Positions 23,348 to 33,233 of a stretch of 64,000 nt of DNA are shown one piece after another. Every line of letters begins with the position of its first letter. Positions within the stretch are counted from its first letter, which is position 1. This stretch comes from a virus. Taxonomy: Duplodnaviria > Caudoviricetes. The stretch lies in the IMG/VR virus record IMGVR_UViG_2900277485_000004, positions 1,965 to 65,964 of that record; one strand, given 5' to 3'. Position numbers and translations under genes: made by a program. The notes beneath the pieces are model-generated. The model did not search any database, was not told the DNA's origin, and saw only the letters and a program-made list of their open reading frames with translations.

Positions 23348-24978
23348 GCAAGGCGTGGCCTCCGGACTATACGGAGGCATTCGCTCAGCGGCAAAAGCGT
23401 TTCTTTGCCCTTCGGAAAAATCCTGATGGCGCCAAGGAATTCTATCGTACGAGGCCGCACGAGTTCATTGATCACTGGGCGACGACTTACGATCCGCGCA
23501 ATGCGTCTGGGGCGTTGCCCGCTAAGCTGCCGTTCATCATGTTCCCTCGGCAGCATCAATTCGTTGATTTCCTTCTAGAATGCGTCAAGGCGGAAGAAAA
23601 CGGGTTAGTCGAAAAAGCGCGCGATATGGGCGCAACCTGGGTCTGCTGTGCCTTCTCGGTCTGGCTCTGGTTGTTCTGGCCGGGCGCCGCGGTTGGCTGG
23701 GGCTCACGCAAGGAGCAGCTGGTCGACCGTATCGGTGACGCCGACAGCATTTTTGAGAAAATGCGGATTATCGTCCGTGGGCTGCCGCGACAGTTTTGGC
23801 CGGCGGGCTTCCGCCCCGATGACCACATGACCTACATGCGGCTCATCAACCCAGAGAACGACGCGTCAATCACGGGCGAAGCCGGCGACAACATCGGCCG
23901 CGGCGGGCGAAAGCTCATCTACTTCAAGGATGAGAGCGCCCACTACGAGCGGCCCGAGAAGATCGAAGCGGCGCTCGCGGACAACACCAGGGTTCAGATC
24001 GACATCAGTTCGGTCAACGGCCTAGGCAACGTGTTCCATCGTCGGCGCGAAGCCGGCGTCGAGTGGGTCAGCGGTCCGGTCACGAATGGCAAAACGAACG
24101 TCTTCGTCTTCGACTGGCGCGACCACCCGGCTAAGGATCTGGCGTGGTACGAGACTCGACGGAAGAAGGCTCAGGCCGACGGCCTGCTGCACGTCTTCGC
24201 GCAGGAGGTTGACCGGAACTACGCCGCGGCGGTCGAGAACGTCATCATCCCGTCGGAGTGGGTGAAGGCGGCGATCGACGCGCATAAGCGCCTCGGGTTC
24301 GATGATGCGGGTGGTTGGTGCGCTGGTTTGGACGTGGCGGATGGCGGTGGCGATCGTAACGCGCTGGCGCTCCGCAAAGGCGTCATTCTGAAGGTTACGC
24401 AGGAATGGGGCGAGCGTGACACAGGCGTCACCGCTCGCCGCGCCGTCGCAGCCTGCAAGGAGCTTGTGCCGATCGCCTTGCAGTACGATTGTATCGGCGT
24501 CGGCGCGGGCGTGAAGGCCGAGACGAACCGCCTGATGGATGAGGGGCTGATGCCCCGCTCGCTGCATCTGGTTCCCTGGAACGCTGGCGCCGCGGTGCTG
24601 CGGCCGGACCAGAGGGTTGAGCCCGGCGACCCGGACACGCCGATCAACAAGGACTTCTATTCGAACCTGAAGGCGCAGGCTTGGTGGCAGCTGCGGCGGC
24701 GGTTTGAGCGGACGTGGCGCGCGATCAACGAGCCGGGCTTCACCTGGAAGGTTGACGACCTGATCTCGCTTCCCTCGGACCTGCCGCAGCTTCGGCAGAT
24801 CGAAAAGGAGTTGAGCCAGGCCACGGCGAGCCAGGGCGCGCGGCTCCGCCTTGTCGTCGACAAGACGCCCGAGGGCACGAAGTCGCCGAACATCGCCGAT
24901 GCGATCGTGATGGCGTTCTGGCCCCTCCCCCGGCCCGGGGCCGGCCTTATGGACCTCTACGGTGACGCAGCGGCCTGA
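23344..24978 (+). CDS. terL: Terminase large subunit
   Basis: EKARDMGATW Walker A-like, YFKDESAH Walker B, GLDVADGGGD nuclease Asp, SPNIADA. Confidence 0.93.
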   Translation: MSKAWPPDYTEAFAQRQKRFFALRKNPDGAKEFYRTRPHEFIDHWATTYDPRNASGALPAKLPFIMFPRQHQFVDFLLECVKAEENGLVEKARDMGATWVCCAFSVWLWLFWPGAAVGWGSRKEQLVDRIGDADSIFEKMRIIVRGLPRQFWPAGFRPDDHMTYMRLINPENDASITGEAGDNIGRGGRKLIYFKDESAHYERPEKIEAALADNTRVQIDISSVNGLGNVFHRRREAGVEWVSGPVTNGKTNVFVFDWRDHPAKDLAWYETRRKKAQADGLLHVFAQEVDRNYAAAVENVIIPSEWVKAAIDAHKRLGFDDAGGWCAGLDVADGGGDRNALALRKGVILKVTQEWGERDTGVTARRAVAACKELVPIALQYDCIGVGAGVKAETNRLMDEGLMPRSLHLVPWNAGAAVLRPDQRVEPGDPDTPINKDFYSNLKAQAWWQLRRRFERTWRAINEPGFTWKVDDLISLPSDLPQLRQIEKELSQATASQGARLRLVVDKTPEGTKSPNIADAIVMAFWPLPRPGAGLMDLYGDAAA

Positions 24979-26363
24979 TGTTCCTCTTTGACCGCCTCGC
25001 CAACCTCGTCACCGGCTCCGGCACCGCCAAGGACAAGGCCACCGGCGCGCGTTTCGTCCCGAGGTTCCTGACACGACAGGAGCTTGAGAGCGCCTACCGG
25101 TGTGATTGGCTCGCCCGCAAGATCATCGACATCATCCCCTTCGACATGACCCGCGCCTGGCGCGAGTGGCAAGCGGATCGTGAGGAGATTGAAGCCCTTG
25201 AGGCGGAGGAGTGCCGCCTTCAGGTGAAGGCGAAGTTCGGATTGGCGCAGCAGCGGGCGCGGCTTTATGGCGGCTCTGCAATCCTGATCGGCGCCGACGA
25301 TGAACGCCCGCAAGACGAACTTCGGCTGGACCGCATCGGCCTAGGCGGGCTCAAATACCTGCACGTCCTCGCGCAGCACGACATCTCGGCCGGGACCTTG
25401 GTCCGGGACCCGCTCTCGCCCTATTACGGCGAGCCGTCGATCTACCAGATGGGCGCCACCGGTGGCGCGCCCATCGATGTGCATCCATCCCGGGTGATCC
25501 GGTTCATCGGCGCCGAACTGCCCGATCCGTTCGGGATCGCGGGCTCTGCTATCGGCGGCGGATGGGGAGACCCAGTGCTCCAGATCGTCCACGACGCGGT
25601 GCAGAACGCCGCCTCGTCACAGCAGACGGTCGCGAGCCTCCTGCCGGACGCCAAGACCGACGTCATCACCGTGCCGGGCCTGACACAGCACCTCGCGACC
25701 CCGGAGGGTACGGCCCGCTACAGCCGACGCTTTGCCGAGGCGGCCCTACTCCGCAGCATCCACAACGTCACGCTGATTGACGGTGGTGACGGCGCGGCGG
25801 GGGAGAAGTGGGAGCAGCGGCAGATCGACTTCGCGAACTTCGCGGAGCTGCTGCGTATGTATCTTCAAGTGGCGGCTGGCGCGGCCGACATCCCGGCGAC
25901 CCGGCTTCTCGGGCAGGCGCCGGCAGGCCTGAACGCTACCGGCGACAGTGACGTTCGCAATTACTACGACCACATCAGCGCCAAGCAGGAGAGCGATTTC
26001 CGCCCTCGCTTGGATCGCCTCGATGAGATCCTGATCCGCTCGGCGCTCGGCGATCGGCCCAAGGAGATCCACTACCGCTTCGCCCCGCTCTGGCAGCTCA
26101 GCGACGCCGAAAAGGCTGAGATTGCAGCCAAGAAGGCGACGGCGCTCAAGACGCTTCAGGACACCGGCCTGATTGACGACGAGGTGCTTCGCGTCGGCGT
26201 CCAGAACCAGCTTGTCGAGGATGGCACCTATCCGGGCCTTGAGGGCGCCTTGAAGGATCAGAAGGAAGGCCGGCTCAAAGTCGCCGGTGAAGAGCCTGAC
26301 GAGGACGACCCGTTCGCCGAGCCCGGGAACGAGAACGACGTGAAACTTGAGGCGGCCGAGTAA
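24978..26363 (+). CDS. Portal protein (DUF1073 family)
   Basis: WLARKIIDIIPFDMTRAW; AGAADIPATRLLGQAPAGLNATGDSDVRNYYD. Confidence 0.9.
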   Translation: MFLFDRLANLVTGSGTAKDKATGARFVPRFLTRQELESAYRCDWLARKIIDIIPFDMTRAWREWQADREEIEALEAEECRLQVKAKFGLAQQRARLYGGSAILIGADDERPQDELRLDRIGLGGLKYLHVLAQHDISAGTLVRDPLSPYYGEPSIYQMGATGGAPIDVHPSRVIRFIGAELPDPFGIAGSAIGGGWGDPVLQIVHDAVQNAASSQQTVASLLPDAKTDVITVPGLTQHLATPEGTARYSRRFAEAALLRSIHNVTLIDGGDGAAGEKWEQRQIDFANFAELLRMYLQVAAGAADIPATRLLGQAPAGLNATGDSDVRNYYDHISAKQESDFRPRLDRLDEILIRSALGDRPKEIHYRFAPLWQLSDAEKAEIAAKKATALKTLQDTGLIDDEVLRVGVQNQLVEDGTYPGLEGALKDQKEGRLKVAGEEPDEDDPFAEPGNENDVKLEAAE

Positions 26364-26365
26364 CT

Positions 26366-26740
26366 ATGTCCGCTCCCGCTCGGGTTGATCAGGATATCTG
26401 GCGCGGCGACAACAGCCCTCCCCTCTCGTGGGGCTTCGGGCCGGCGGCTGCGCCTGAGATCCCGGTGGGCGCCCAGTTTCAGCTCGACGTCGAGTGGGAC
26501 GCTTCGGCCATGGCGCTCGCGATCGACGGTCCTCTCATCGGCACCATCACAGCGGCCTCGCCTGCCGGGCTCACGGTCGATGTTCCGACCGGCACGGTGA
26601 CGTGGCCCTATACCACCACGCAGAGCGCTTCGATCCCGCGGGGTGCCCGCGCCAGCTACACGCTCCGCTGCGTTTATGGTGGAACGACGCAGACCTGGGC
26701 GTATGGCCGGCTGATCGTACGGGATGGGGGCTCGGCGTGA
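26366..26740 (+). CDS. Virion structural protein, beta-sandwich-like
   Basis: Beta-rich, RGD...YGRLIV ending; first gene of the cassette between portal and gp7. Confidence 0.55.
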   Translation: MSAPARVDQDIWRGDNSPPLSWGFGPAAAPEIPVGAQFQLDVEWDASAMALAIDGPLIGTITAASPAGLTVDVPTGTVTWPYTTTQSASIPRGARASYTLRCVYGGTTQTWAYGRLIVRDGGSA

Positions 26741-27378
26741 CCTGCTGCGGCGTTCGTCACGTCAGACCACCGGCGCCACAGGCTCGCATCATCCGGGTTC
26801 CGGCGCCGAGCGCGCCGAGCGTGGTTCGGCAGCAGATTGCCGGGATCCCGGGGCCGATGGGGCCAGCATCGTCCTTCCGCGGCTTCGGGACAGTCGATTA
26901 CTCGGATTTGGATGCTGTTACGCTGAGCCCGAGCAATGACGTGCTGTCTGGCATCCCGCTCCCCATGGTCGCCGGACAGTGGACCCGAGTGACCCGCGAT
27001 TTGCAGCCGTCGGACAGCAACAGGAACCCACTCGCCGACCCTTTTGCCGGTTTCTCGTTCTGGGATGGCGCTCTGCTTCGCGCTCACGCGGTTGGCGACA
27101 TCTACCTGTACAAGCTCACATACCGTGTGATGCCTACCCTGCGCGGCAGCAGTCTCCGCTTTGCCTTCAGGCCCGGCGGCAACCCGAACTTCGACTTCGG
27201 GCCGCAGCCAATCGTGCTCAGCACTGACGCCGGCTCAGAAGAAATCGGATCCGAGACGTTCGTCACACAGGTCCGCAGCCGGTTCGCCACAATGGGCGCC
27301 GAGGTCTACGTCTGGTCCTCGTCAGGCGGTCAGCTCCTTGAGTTCAGTCCCGAGATCACGCCTCTAGGCCACGCCTGA
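26737..27378 (+). CDS. Virion structural protein, unknown fold
   Basis: GTG start at 26737; coupled to both neighbours. Confidence 0.55.
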   Translation: MTCCGVRHVRPPAPQARIIRVPAPSAPSVVRQQIAGIPGPMGPASSFRGFGTVDYSDLDAVTLSPSNDVLSGIPLPMVAGQWTRVTRDLQPSDSNRNPLADPFAGFSFWDGALLRAHAVGDIYLYKLTYRVMPTLRGSSLRFAFRPGGNPNFDFGPQPIVLSTDAGSEEIGSETFVTQVRSRFATMGAEVYVWSSSGGQLLEFSPEITPLGHA

Positions 27379-27977
27379 TGCACTGGATCGGGTACGATGA
27401 GAGCGTTAACGTTCTCGTGATCGCGGATGAGGGGGTCTTTCCCGCTGGCAGTTTGTCTGTCGCAATGGACGGACAAGGCATGGTCCGGATCGTCGGTCTC
27501 GCGCGCCGGACTGAGCTTTACGCCCATTGGACGGATATCGGCACGCTTGAGAGCACCACGTTTGCCGACGGTGCAACAACCCTTGCCTATCTGACGGCGG
27601 AACTCGCCAAGCAACGTACGTCTAAGCCAATCGCACTCCCCTTCACGGCCGGCGAGCCGATCGGGGGCCATAAGGGCGTCAGGATCGCCGCTGGCGGCCT
27701 TGTGCAACTTGCTTCATCGGATGACGCCTCGCAGGCCGGGACGGTGCTCGGCGTGTCTCTCGCGGCGGCGGACGATGGTTCTGGGCTTGACGTCGCGATC
27801 ATCGGCGAGGTGACCGAGTCGAGCTGGTCGTGGGCGGTTGGCCCGGTATTCCTTGGCATCGGCGGCGCTCTCACTCAGGCGCCGCCAGCTTCTGGGTTCG
27901 TGCAGCAGATCGGGAAGGCCATCGGGCCGCACTCGCTCGTCGTGTCTCTATCCACCCCCATCGTGCTCGCGCAGTAG
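27378..27977 (+). CDS. Head decoration/fibre-anchor protein (DUF2190-like C-terminal domain)
   Basis: FTAGEPIGGHKGV...VLGVSLAAA...GPVFLGIGGALTQAPPASGFVQQIGKA. Confidence 0.55.
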   Translation: MHWIGYDESVNVLVIADEGVFPAGSLSVAMDGQGMVRIVGLARRTELYAHWTDIGTLESTTFADGATTLAYLTAELAKQRTSKPIALPFTAGEPIGGHKGVRIAAGGLVQLASSDDASQAGTVLGVSLAAADDGSGLDVAIIGEVTESSWSWAVGPVFLGIGGALTQAPPASGFVQQIGKAIGPHSLVVSLSTPIVLAQ

Positions 27978-27990
27978 GAGCCCCGGCGCC

Positions 27991-28506
27991 ATGCCCGCGA
28001 AGAAGTACCTGCGATCCGCCACAACGGGCTATCCGACCGAGCAGGCTGCCACGGTCGTCAGCACAGGCGTGACGAACGGCGGTGATGTGGTCGCCCTCGA
28101 CGACACTGGGCGGCTGGACTCCAGCGTCCTGCCGGTCGGTATTGGCGCAGATGTCGCCATCCTTGCGGCCACTGAGGCGCTGACCGCCGGTGATTTCGTC
28201 AACGTGTACAGCAACGCAGGCGCCTTCTCCGCTCGCAAGGCTGATGCCAGCAACACCGGCAAGGAAGCGCACGGCTACGTGCTCGCCGCGGTGACCAGCG
28301 GCGCCAACGCTACAGTCTACTTCGACGGCCGCAACACCAGCGTGACCGGCATGACGCCTGGCCCGGTGTTCCTGTCGGCTACCAATCCAGGCAAGGCCAC
28401 GTCGACCTGCCCGACCGGCTCGGGCCAGCTTCAGCAGCGCATCGGTGTGGCCGTCGCTGCCACTGAGGTGAACTTCGAGGCTGTGACCCCGATCGTTCTC
28501 GCGTGA
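27991..28506 (+). CDS. Head decoration/fibre-anchor protein (DUF2190-like)
   Basis: ATEALTAGDFVNV...AHGYVLAAV...GPVFLS...QLQQRIGVA; paralogous to the 27378 gene. Confidence 0.6.
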   Translation: MPAKKYLRSATTGYPTEQAATVVSTGVTNGGDVVALDDTGRLDSSVLPVGIGADVAILAATEALTAGDFVNVYSNAGAFSARKADASNTGKEAHGYVLAAVTSGANATVYFDGRNTSVTGMTPGPVFLSATNPGKATSTCPTGSGQLQQRIGVAVAATEVNFEAVTPIVLA

Positions 28507-28512
28507 TGGCTC

Positions 28513-28914
28513 ATGGCAACCCGGCGCCCTCTCGTCGCGAACAGCGGCCGGGCAGACGAGATCTCTGCCTCTGACGTTCTGGCGCCAGCCACACTCGGCT
28601 ATTCGTCCGGCTCAAACGCAAATGGGACGTGGTGGAAGGCGCCGGACGGCATCATTGAGCAGTTCGGTACGGTGACGCTCACCAACGGGACCGTAACAGT
28701 TACTTTTCCGATCGCCTTCCCGAACGCCTGCTTTCACGTTGACCCTGTTCCGGTATCTGTCAGCGCGGTCGGCACTTCGGTCTCGGCTTGGTTGAACGCA
28801 GTGCCATCCAAAACAAACGCCACTATCAATGGCCGGTCCTTCACAACTGTGCTTGGTGTCCTGAACATCGGCTTGGGCTCCTTCGATCTGAAGTGGCACG
28901 CGATCGGCAACTGA
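28513..28914 (+). CDS. Fibre-tip protein with a gp53-like C-terminal domain
   Basis: WWKAPDGIIEQFG...VTFPIAFPNAC...WHAIGN. Confidence 0.7.
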   Translation: MATRRPLVANSGRADEISASDVLAPATLGYSSGSNANGTWWKAPDGIIEQFGTVTLTNGTVTVTFPIAFPNACFHVDPVPVSVSAVGTSVSAWLNAVPSKTNATINGRSFTTVLGVLNIGLGSFDLKWHAIGN

Positions 28915-28919
28915 CGCTG

Positions 28920-29801
28920 ATGGACCTCAACGCCCGCTTCGATCTCGCCGCTCTCGCCAAGGGCAGGACCAAGCGCAAGGTCATCGAGTTCCGGGAGATC
29001 AAGCCGCGACTGGCGTCGGAGCAGGCGTTCTATCGCATCATCATGAGCGTGCTGGTCGAGGCCACGAGCCGGCGCGCGGAGATCCTGGAGGCAGCGGCTG
29101 CGACCCGGCGCGAGCTGATCGGCGACGCGGCGACGATCGGCGCCATCATGGCGGAGATGCGGGCGGCTATGAGTCAAGCTGCATCGCTCGCCACCGGCCC
29201 GTTGATGAGCCTATTCGCCAACGACGCACGCCGCCACGGCGAAACGTGGATCGGACAGGTCAACCGACTGATCGGCGTCGATCTCTCGGCGGTGGTTCGC
29301 AGTAGCGATGTGCAGACCATCCTTCAGCTTGAGGTGCAAAAGAGCGTCGCCCTGATCCGTGGCCTGTCCGACGACGTGGCGAAGCGGATCGAGTTTCAGG
29401 TCATCGATCTCGTTTCCCAGGGCAAAAGCCAAAAGGACATTGCGGCGGCTCTGGCCGAGACGGCTGGGTTCACCCGCAAGCGGGCGATGTTCATCGCTCG
29501 TGACCAGGCGGCCAGCTTCAACGGCGCGCTTAACCAAATCCGGCAGGAGCAGGCCGGTGTCACGTCGTACATCTGGCGCACGGTCGGCGATCAGCGGGTG
29601 CGCCCCGCGCACCGGCTCAGGAACGGCCAGCGGTTCCGGTGGGATAGCCCGCCGAGCGACGGTGCGCCAGGTCGACCGCCGAATTGCCGCTGCACCGCGC
29701 AGGCGGTTCTAGACCTCGATGAGACGCCTCGCTCTGGTCGAGCCCGCGCTTCTCGCGCCGGCCTCTCCGCCGTGGCCTCTGCCCTCGGCATCGGACTGTA
29801 A
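28920..29801 (+). CDS. Head morphogenesis protein (SPP1 gp7/Mu gpF family)
   Basis: RAMFIARDQ...YIWRTVGDQRVRPAH...PGRPPNCRC. Confidence 0.92.
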   Translation: MDLNARFDLAALAKGRTKRKVIEFREIKPRLASEQAFYRIIMSVLVEATSRRAEILEAAAATRRELIGDAATIGAIMAEMRAAMSQAASLATGPLMSLFANDARRHGETWIGQVNRLIGVDLSAVVRSSDVQTILQLEVQKSVALIRGLSDDVAKRIEFQVIDLVSQGKSQKDIAAALAETAGFTRKRAMFIARDQAASFNGALNQIRQEQAGVTSYIWRTVGDQRVRPAHRLRNGQRFRWDSPPSDGAPGRPPNCRCTAQAVLDLDETPRSGRARASRAGLSAVASALGIGL

Positions 29802-29811
29802 CAGGTAGACC

Positions 29812-31002
29812 ATGCTTCTGATCGACGCCGCGCCCATCGCCGGCACGCGCATCACTGCCGACGGCTACCTCGTGGCGGATGCCCGCGTGGCTCGCGTCGG
29901 CGTGCAGCAGTACCTTGGCGTCGAGGTCGAGCGGCCGGACCTCGCCATCGTGTCGGTCTACCGGCCAGCGGAAGAGGTGTTCAAGGCTGATAGTCTCGCC
30001 AGCTTCGCGCATCGCCCCGTCACGATCGGGCACCCGCGCGACGCCGTGAACGCCAAGTCCTGGCGCCTGCACTCCGTTGGCAGCACCGGAGGCGACATCG
30101 CCCGCGACGGTGACTTCGTGCGTGTGCCGCTCGCTGTCATGGACGCCGACGCGATCCAGTCGGTTCAGAGCGGCAAGCGCGAAGTGTCGATGGGTTACCG
30201 CTGCCGCCTGGAATGGTCGGATGGCATCGCCCCGGATGGGACGCCGTATCAGGCGATCCAGCGGGACATCAACATCAATCATGCCGCCATTGTCCCCAAG
30301 GGGCGGGCAGGCTCGGAATGCCGGATCGGGGATGGGCTCCCGGCGGACATTGATTTTCAGCCCGCCACCCCCACCCCGCAACCACAGAAGGACGCGTCTT
30401 CGATGAAGACCCACCTTGTTGACGGGCATCCGGTTGAGATGTCCGATGCGGCGATCATCGCGGTTTCCGCGCTTCAGAAGCGCGCCGCCGACCTGACCGC
30501 CGATAATCTGAAACTCGTGGCTGACGGCAATCTCGCTGCGACTGCTCACGCCGAGGCGATCAGGGCCAAGGATGGCGAGATTGCCGAGGCGCGCAATGCC
30601 GTAGAAGCTCGCGATGGCGAGATTGCGGTACTTAAGAAGCAACTCGCGGATGCTGAGATGACCCCGGCCAAGCTGGATGCGGCTTTGGCGGTTCGTAACG
30701 CTGTTATTGGTGCGGCCCGTTCCGTCTTGGGCGACAGCTTCAAGGCAGATGACAAGACTGAAGCGCAGATCCGGCGCGAGACCGTCTCTGCTCGTCTTGG
30801 TGACGCCGCGGCGAATATGGGCGACGCGGCGATTGAGGGCGCCTTTGCAGCACTGACTAAAGATGTCAAGCCGGCGGATCCGCTTCGGAATGCCATTGCA
30901 AACGGCCTCACTACTGTCGGAGACGCTGAGGCTGAAGCACACGCGGCCCATGCTCGCCGCGTGGAGACTTTGCGCAATAGCTGGAAGGGCCAGGCGGCCT
31001 AA
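29812..31002 (+). CDS. DUF2213 prohead protease/scaffold
   Basis: DGYLVADARVARVGVQQY...VYRPAEEVF...REVSMGY...NHAAIVPKGRAG; coiled C-terminal scaffold. Confidence 0.88.
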   Translation: MLLIDAAPIAGTRITADGYLVADARVARVGVQQYLGVEVERPDLAIVSVYRPAEEVFKADSLASFAHRPVTIGHPRDAVNAKSWRLHSVGSTGGDIARDGDFVRVPLAVMDADAIQSVQSGKREVSMGYRCRLEWSDGIAPDGTPYQAIQRDININHAAIVPKGRAGSECRIGDGLPADIDFQPATPTPQPQKDASSMKTHLVDGHPVEMSDAAIIAVSALQKRAADLTADNLKLVADGNLAATAHAEAIRAKDGEIAEARNAVEARDGEIAVLKKQLADAEMTPAKLDAALAVRNAVIGAARSVLGDSFKADDKTEAQIRRETVSARLGDAAANMGDAAIEGAFAALTKDVKPADPLRNAIANGLTTVGDAEAEAHAAHARRVETLRNSWKGQAA

Positions 31003-31026
31003 CCGCCCAGAATTAGGAGCACTTCC

Positions 31027-31503
31027 ATGGCAGTTCTTCAGAGCACCTACACTCAGTCCATCGCTGTCGGCTATCCCGGTATGGTCGCCAATGGCGAAGA
31101 GGGCAACCGCATCTCGCGTACCGTTGAGGACGTCGCGGGCCTTCCGTTTGGACGTGCAGCGTTTCGTGGTGTCGGCGATCGTGGTTGCACGGCGACCCCG
31201 TCCGCTACCGCTGGCGCCTTTCTCGGCATCTCTATCGCCAATCTCGCGGTGCAGCCGACCGTCGGCGTCGTCGCGTCTGGGTTCGCGGCGGATATCTATC
31301 ATCAGAACGGCGAAGCGGGCCTCATGAACGAGGGTGTGATCTTCGTCACCGCCGGCTCGAACACCACGCAGGGCGCCGCGGCATACGTGACGAGCGCCGG
31401 TGCTTTCACCGCCACCTCGAACAGCAACACTGCCATCCCGGCGGTTTTCGATGACACCGTGTCGAGCGGCACGGTCGTGCGCCTGCGTGTCCGCAAGGCT
31501 TAA
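31027..31503 (+). CDS. Capsid cement/decoration protein
   Basis: GYPGMVA...LPFGRA...GVIFV; between scaffold and MCP. Confidence 0.8.
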   Translation: MAVLQSTYTQSIAVGYPGMVANGEEGNRISRTVEDVAGLPFGRAAFRGVGDRGCTATPSATAGAFLGISIANLAVQPTVGVVASGFAADIYHQNGEAGLMNEGVIFVTAGSNTTQGAAAYVTSAGAFTATSNSNTAIPAVFDDTVSSGTVVRLRVRKA

Positions 31504-31533
31504 CGTCAACTTTATAGCCAAGGAGTCCCAGAG

Positions 31534-32493
31534 ATGGGCATCAACTTCCTCGACGCCCAGCAGGCTCTGGGTTTCGTTCGTCCGCAGTTCTACAATATTG
31601 AGCGGACCATCTACGAGCAGAAGTACCCGTCGTTTGATTACGCTTCGCTGATCCCGGTTGTGACCGAGGGCAATGAGTGGGCGCGCGGAACTCTTTTCTC
31701 GTCCGTTGACATGGCGGGTCAGGCGCAATTCATCAGCGGCAAGGGTTTTGATATGCCCTACGCCGACGTGGCGCACAGCCAGTTCACCAAGGGTTTTGCT
31801 CTGGCCGGCATCGGTTACGAGTGGTCTCTTGAAGAGGTTATGACCGCCCAGATGGAGGGTATTAACCTCTCGGACGTGAAGGCGACCGCGGCGCGTCGAG
31901 TGGCGGAGCAGTTCCTTTGGAACATCGCCATGACCGGGCGCCCTGACGGCATCAACAACCAGAAGAACTGGTCTGGTCTCGTCAACGATCCGAACGTGCC
32001 GACCGTCACGGCCGCGGCTACTGGCACTGGGAGTGGGACCGCTTGGACCACCAAGAACCCGGATCAGCAACTCGCTGATGCAAATGCGGCACTCACCGGC
32101 ATTATCACCTCGACCGTTGAGGTTGAGATGGCTGATACGCTGGCGCTGCCGACATCGCGCCTGCTGTCGCTGTCTTCGACCGCACGTTCCGGTACCAGCG
32201 ACTCCACGGTTCTGGAATACCTGCGCAACAATAACGTCTACACCGCTCGAACCCGGCAGCCGCTGACCATCATCGGTCTGCGGGCGCTTGAGACGGCTGG
32301 TGCCGGCGGCACTAAGCGCATGATCGCGTATCGCCGTAGTCCTGAAGTGCTGCGCTTCCACCTTCCGATGCCGCACCGCTTCCTCCCGCCGTTCCAGAAG
32401 AGCGGCATGACGTGGGAAATCCCCGGCATCATGCGGACCGGCGGGACTGAGATCCGGCTTCCGGGTGCCGTTTCTTACGTCGACGGCATCTGA
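31534..32493 (+). CDS. Major capsid protein (DUF2184 family)
   Basis: IERTIYEQKYP...IGYEWSLEE...GLVNDPNV...GGTEIRLPGAVSYVDGI. Confidence 0.92.
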   Translation: MGINFLDAQQALGFVRPQFYNIERTIYEQKYPSFDYASLIPVVTEGNEWARGTLFSSVDMAGQAQFISGKGFDMPYADVAHSQFTKGFALAGIGYEWSLEEVMTAQMEGINLSDVKATAARRVAEQFLWNIAMTGRPDGINNQKNWSGLVNDPNVPTVTAAATGTGSGTAWTTKNPDQQLADANAALTGIITSTVEVEMADTLALPTSRLLSLSSTARSGTSDSTVLEYLRNNNVYTARTRQPLTIIGLRALETAGAGGTKRMIAYRRSPEVLRFHLPMPHRFLPPFQKSGMTWEIPGIMRTGGTEIRLPGAVSYVDGI

Positions 32494-32498
32494 GGAGA

Positions 32499-32821
32499 TG
32501 GCAATGAAGATCAAGAACATCGACGTCGGCCCGCGAGGCGTTTGGTCTGATGGTGTGGTTGTGATGCTGGCTCCCGGTGAAAGCCGGGATCTCAGGGTTC
32601 AGAAGGGTGACCTTGAAGCCGCTCGTGCAACGGGCTGGTTCAGTCTTGAAGGCGTTTCTTCCGAGGAGCCGGAAGAGCCAGCACTTACTCCGTCACCCGC
32701 GCTTGACAGCATGTCTGAAGACGAGCTTCGGGCCATCCTCAAGGATAAGGATGTGACGGTGGACGGCCGGTGGGGACGCGACAAGCTCCTCTCTGAGGCC
32801 AAGAAGGCCGTGGGCAACTGA
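32499..32821 (+). CDS. Small head-associated protein with a C-terminal HeH-like motif
   Basis: GAGGAG RBS; LDSMSEDELRAILKDKDVTVDGRWGRDKL. Confidence 0.65.
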
Positions 32822-32822
32822 C

Positions 32823-33233
32823 ATGCCGCTCCCCATCGTCACGGCAGCGGACCTCAAGGCCCGCTATCCGGTGTTCAAGGACCAGCCGGACGCCCTCGTG
32901 CTGCTCATGCTTGAGGACGCCACCGGCTCGGTCTCGGATACCTGGATCGTGACGGATCAGAAGCCAGCGCTTCTGGCCTACGCCGCCCATCTCCTCGCCT
33001 TGGAAACCTTCGCGTCGAACTTGGCGACGGATGGGGCCGGCAACCCGGTCGCCGTCACCGGCCCGATGGAGAGCATTGAGGTCGGCGACGTGAAGGTAAA
33101 ATATGCTCACCAGTTCGTGAGCGAAGCGGGCGCCACGGCCGGTGCGTCGGGCTCCAGCCTCGCCTCTACGCCCTACGGGCGCCGCTATCTTGAACTGCTG
33201 CGCAAGTCGAACCCGGGCATCCTCGTCGTATGA
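32823..33233 (+). CDS. Head-tail adaptor (DUF4054)
   Basis: LKARYPVF...YAAHLLAL...TPYGRRYLEL. Confidence 0.85.
   Translation: MPLPIVTAADLKARYPVFKDQPDALVLLMLEDATGSVSDTWIVTDQKPALLAYAAHLLALETFASNLATDGAGNPVAVTGPMESIEVGDVKVKYAHQFVSEAGATAGASGSSLASTPYGRRYLELLRKSNPGILVV

Noticed and set aside
24978-26363. Possible anti-CBASS Acb1 label for the DUF1073 protein
   Set aside because: Position after terL, size and motifs indicate a portal; no HxT/HxS phosphoesterase motifs are apparent.
29617-32520. 967-aa minus-strand ORF, and similar long antisense ORFs at 34797..36041, 49762..51429 and 54679..56547
   Set aside because: Shadow frames opposite well-supported structural genes; expected in high-GC DNA; no recognisable motifs.
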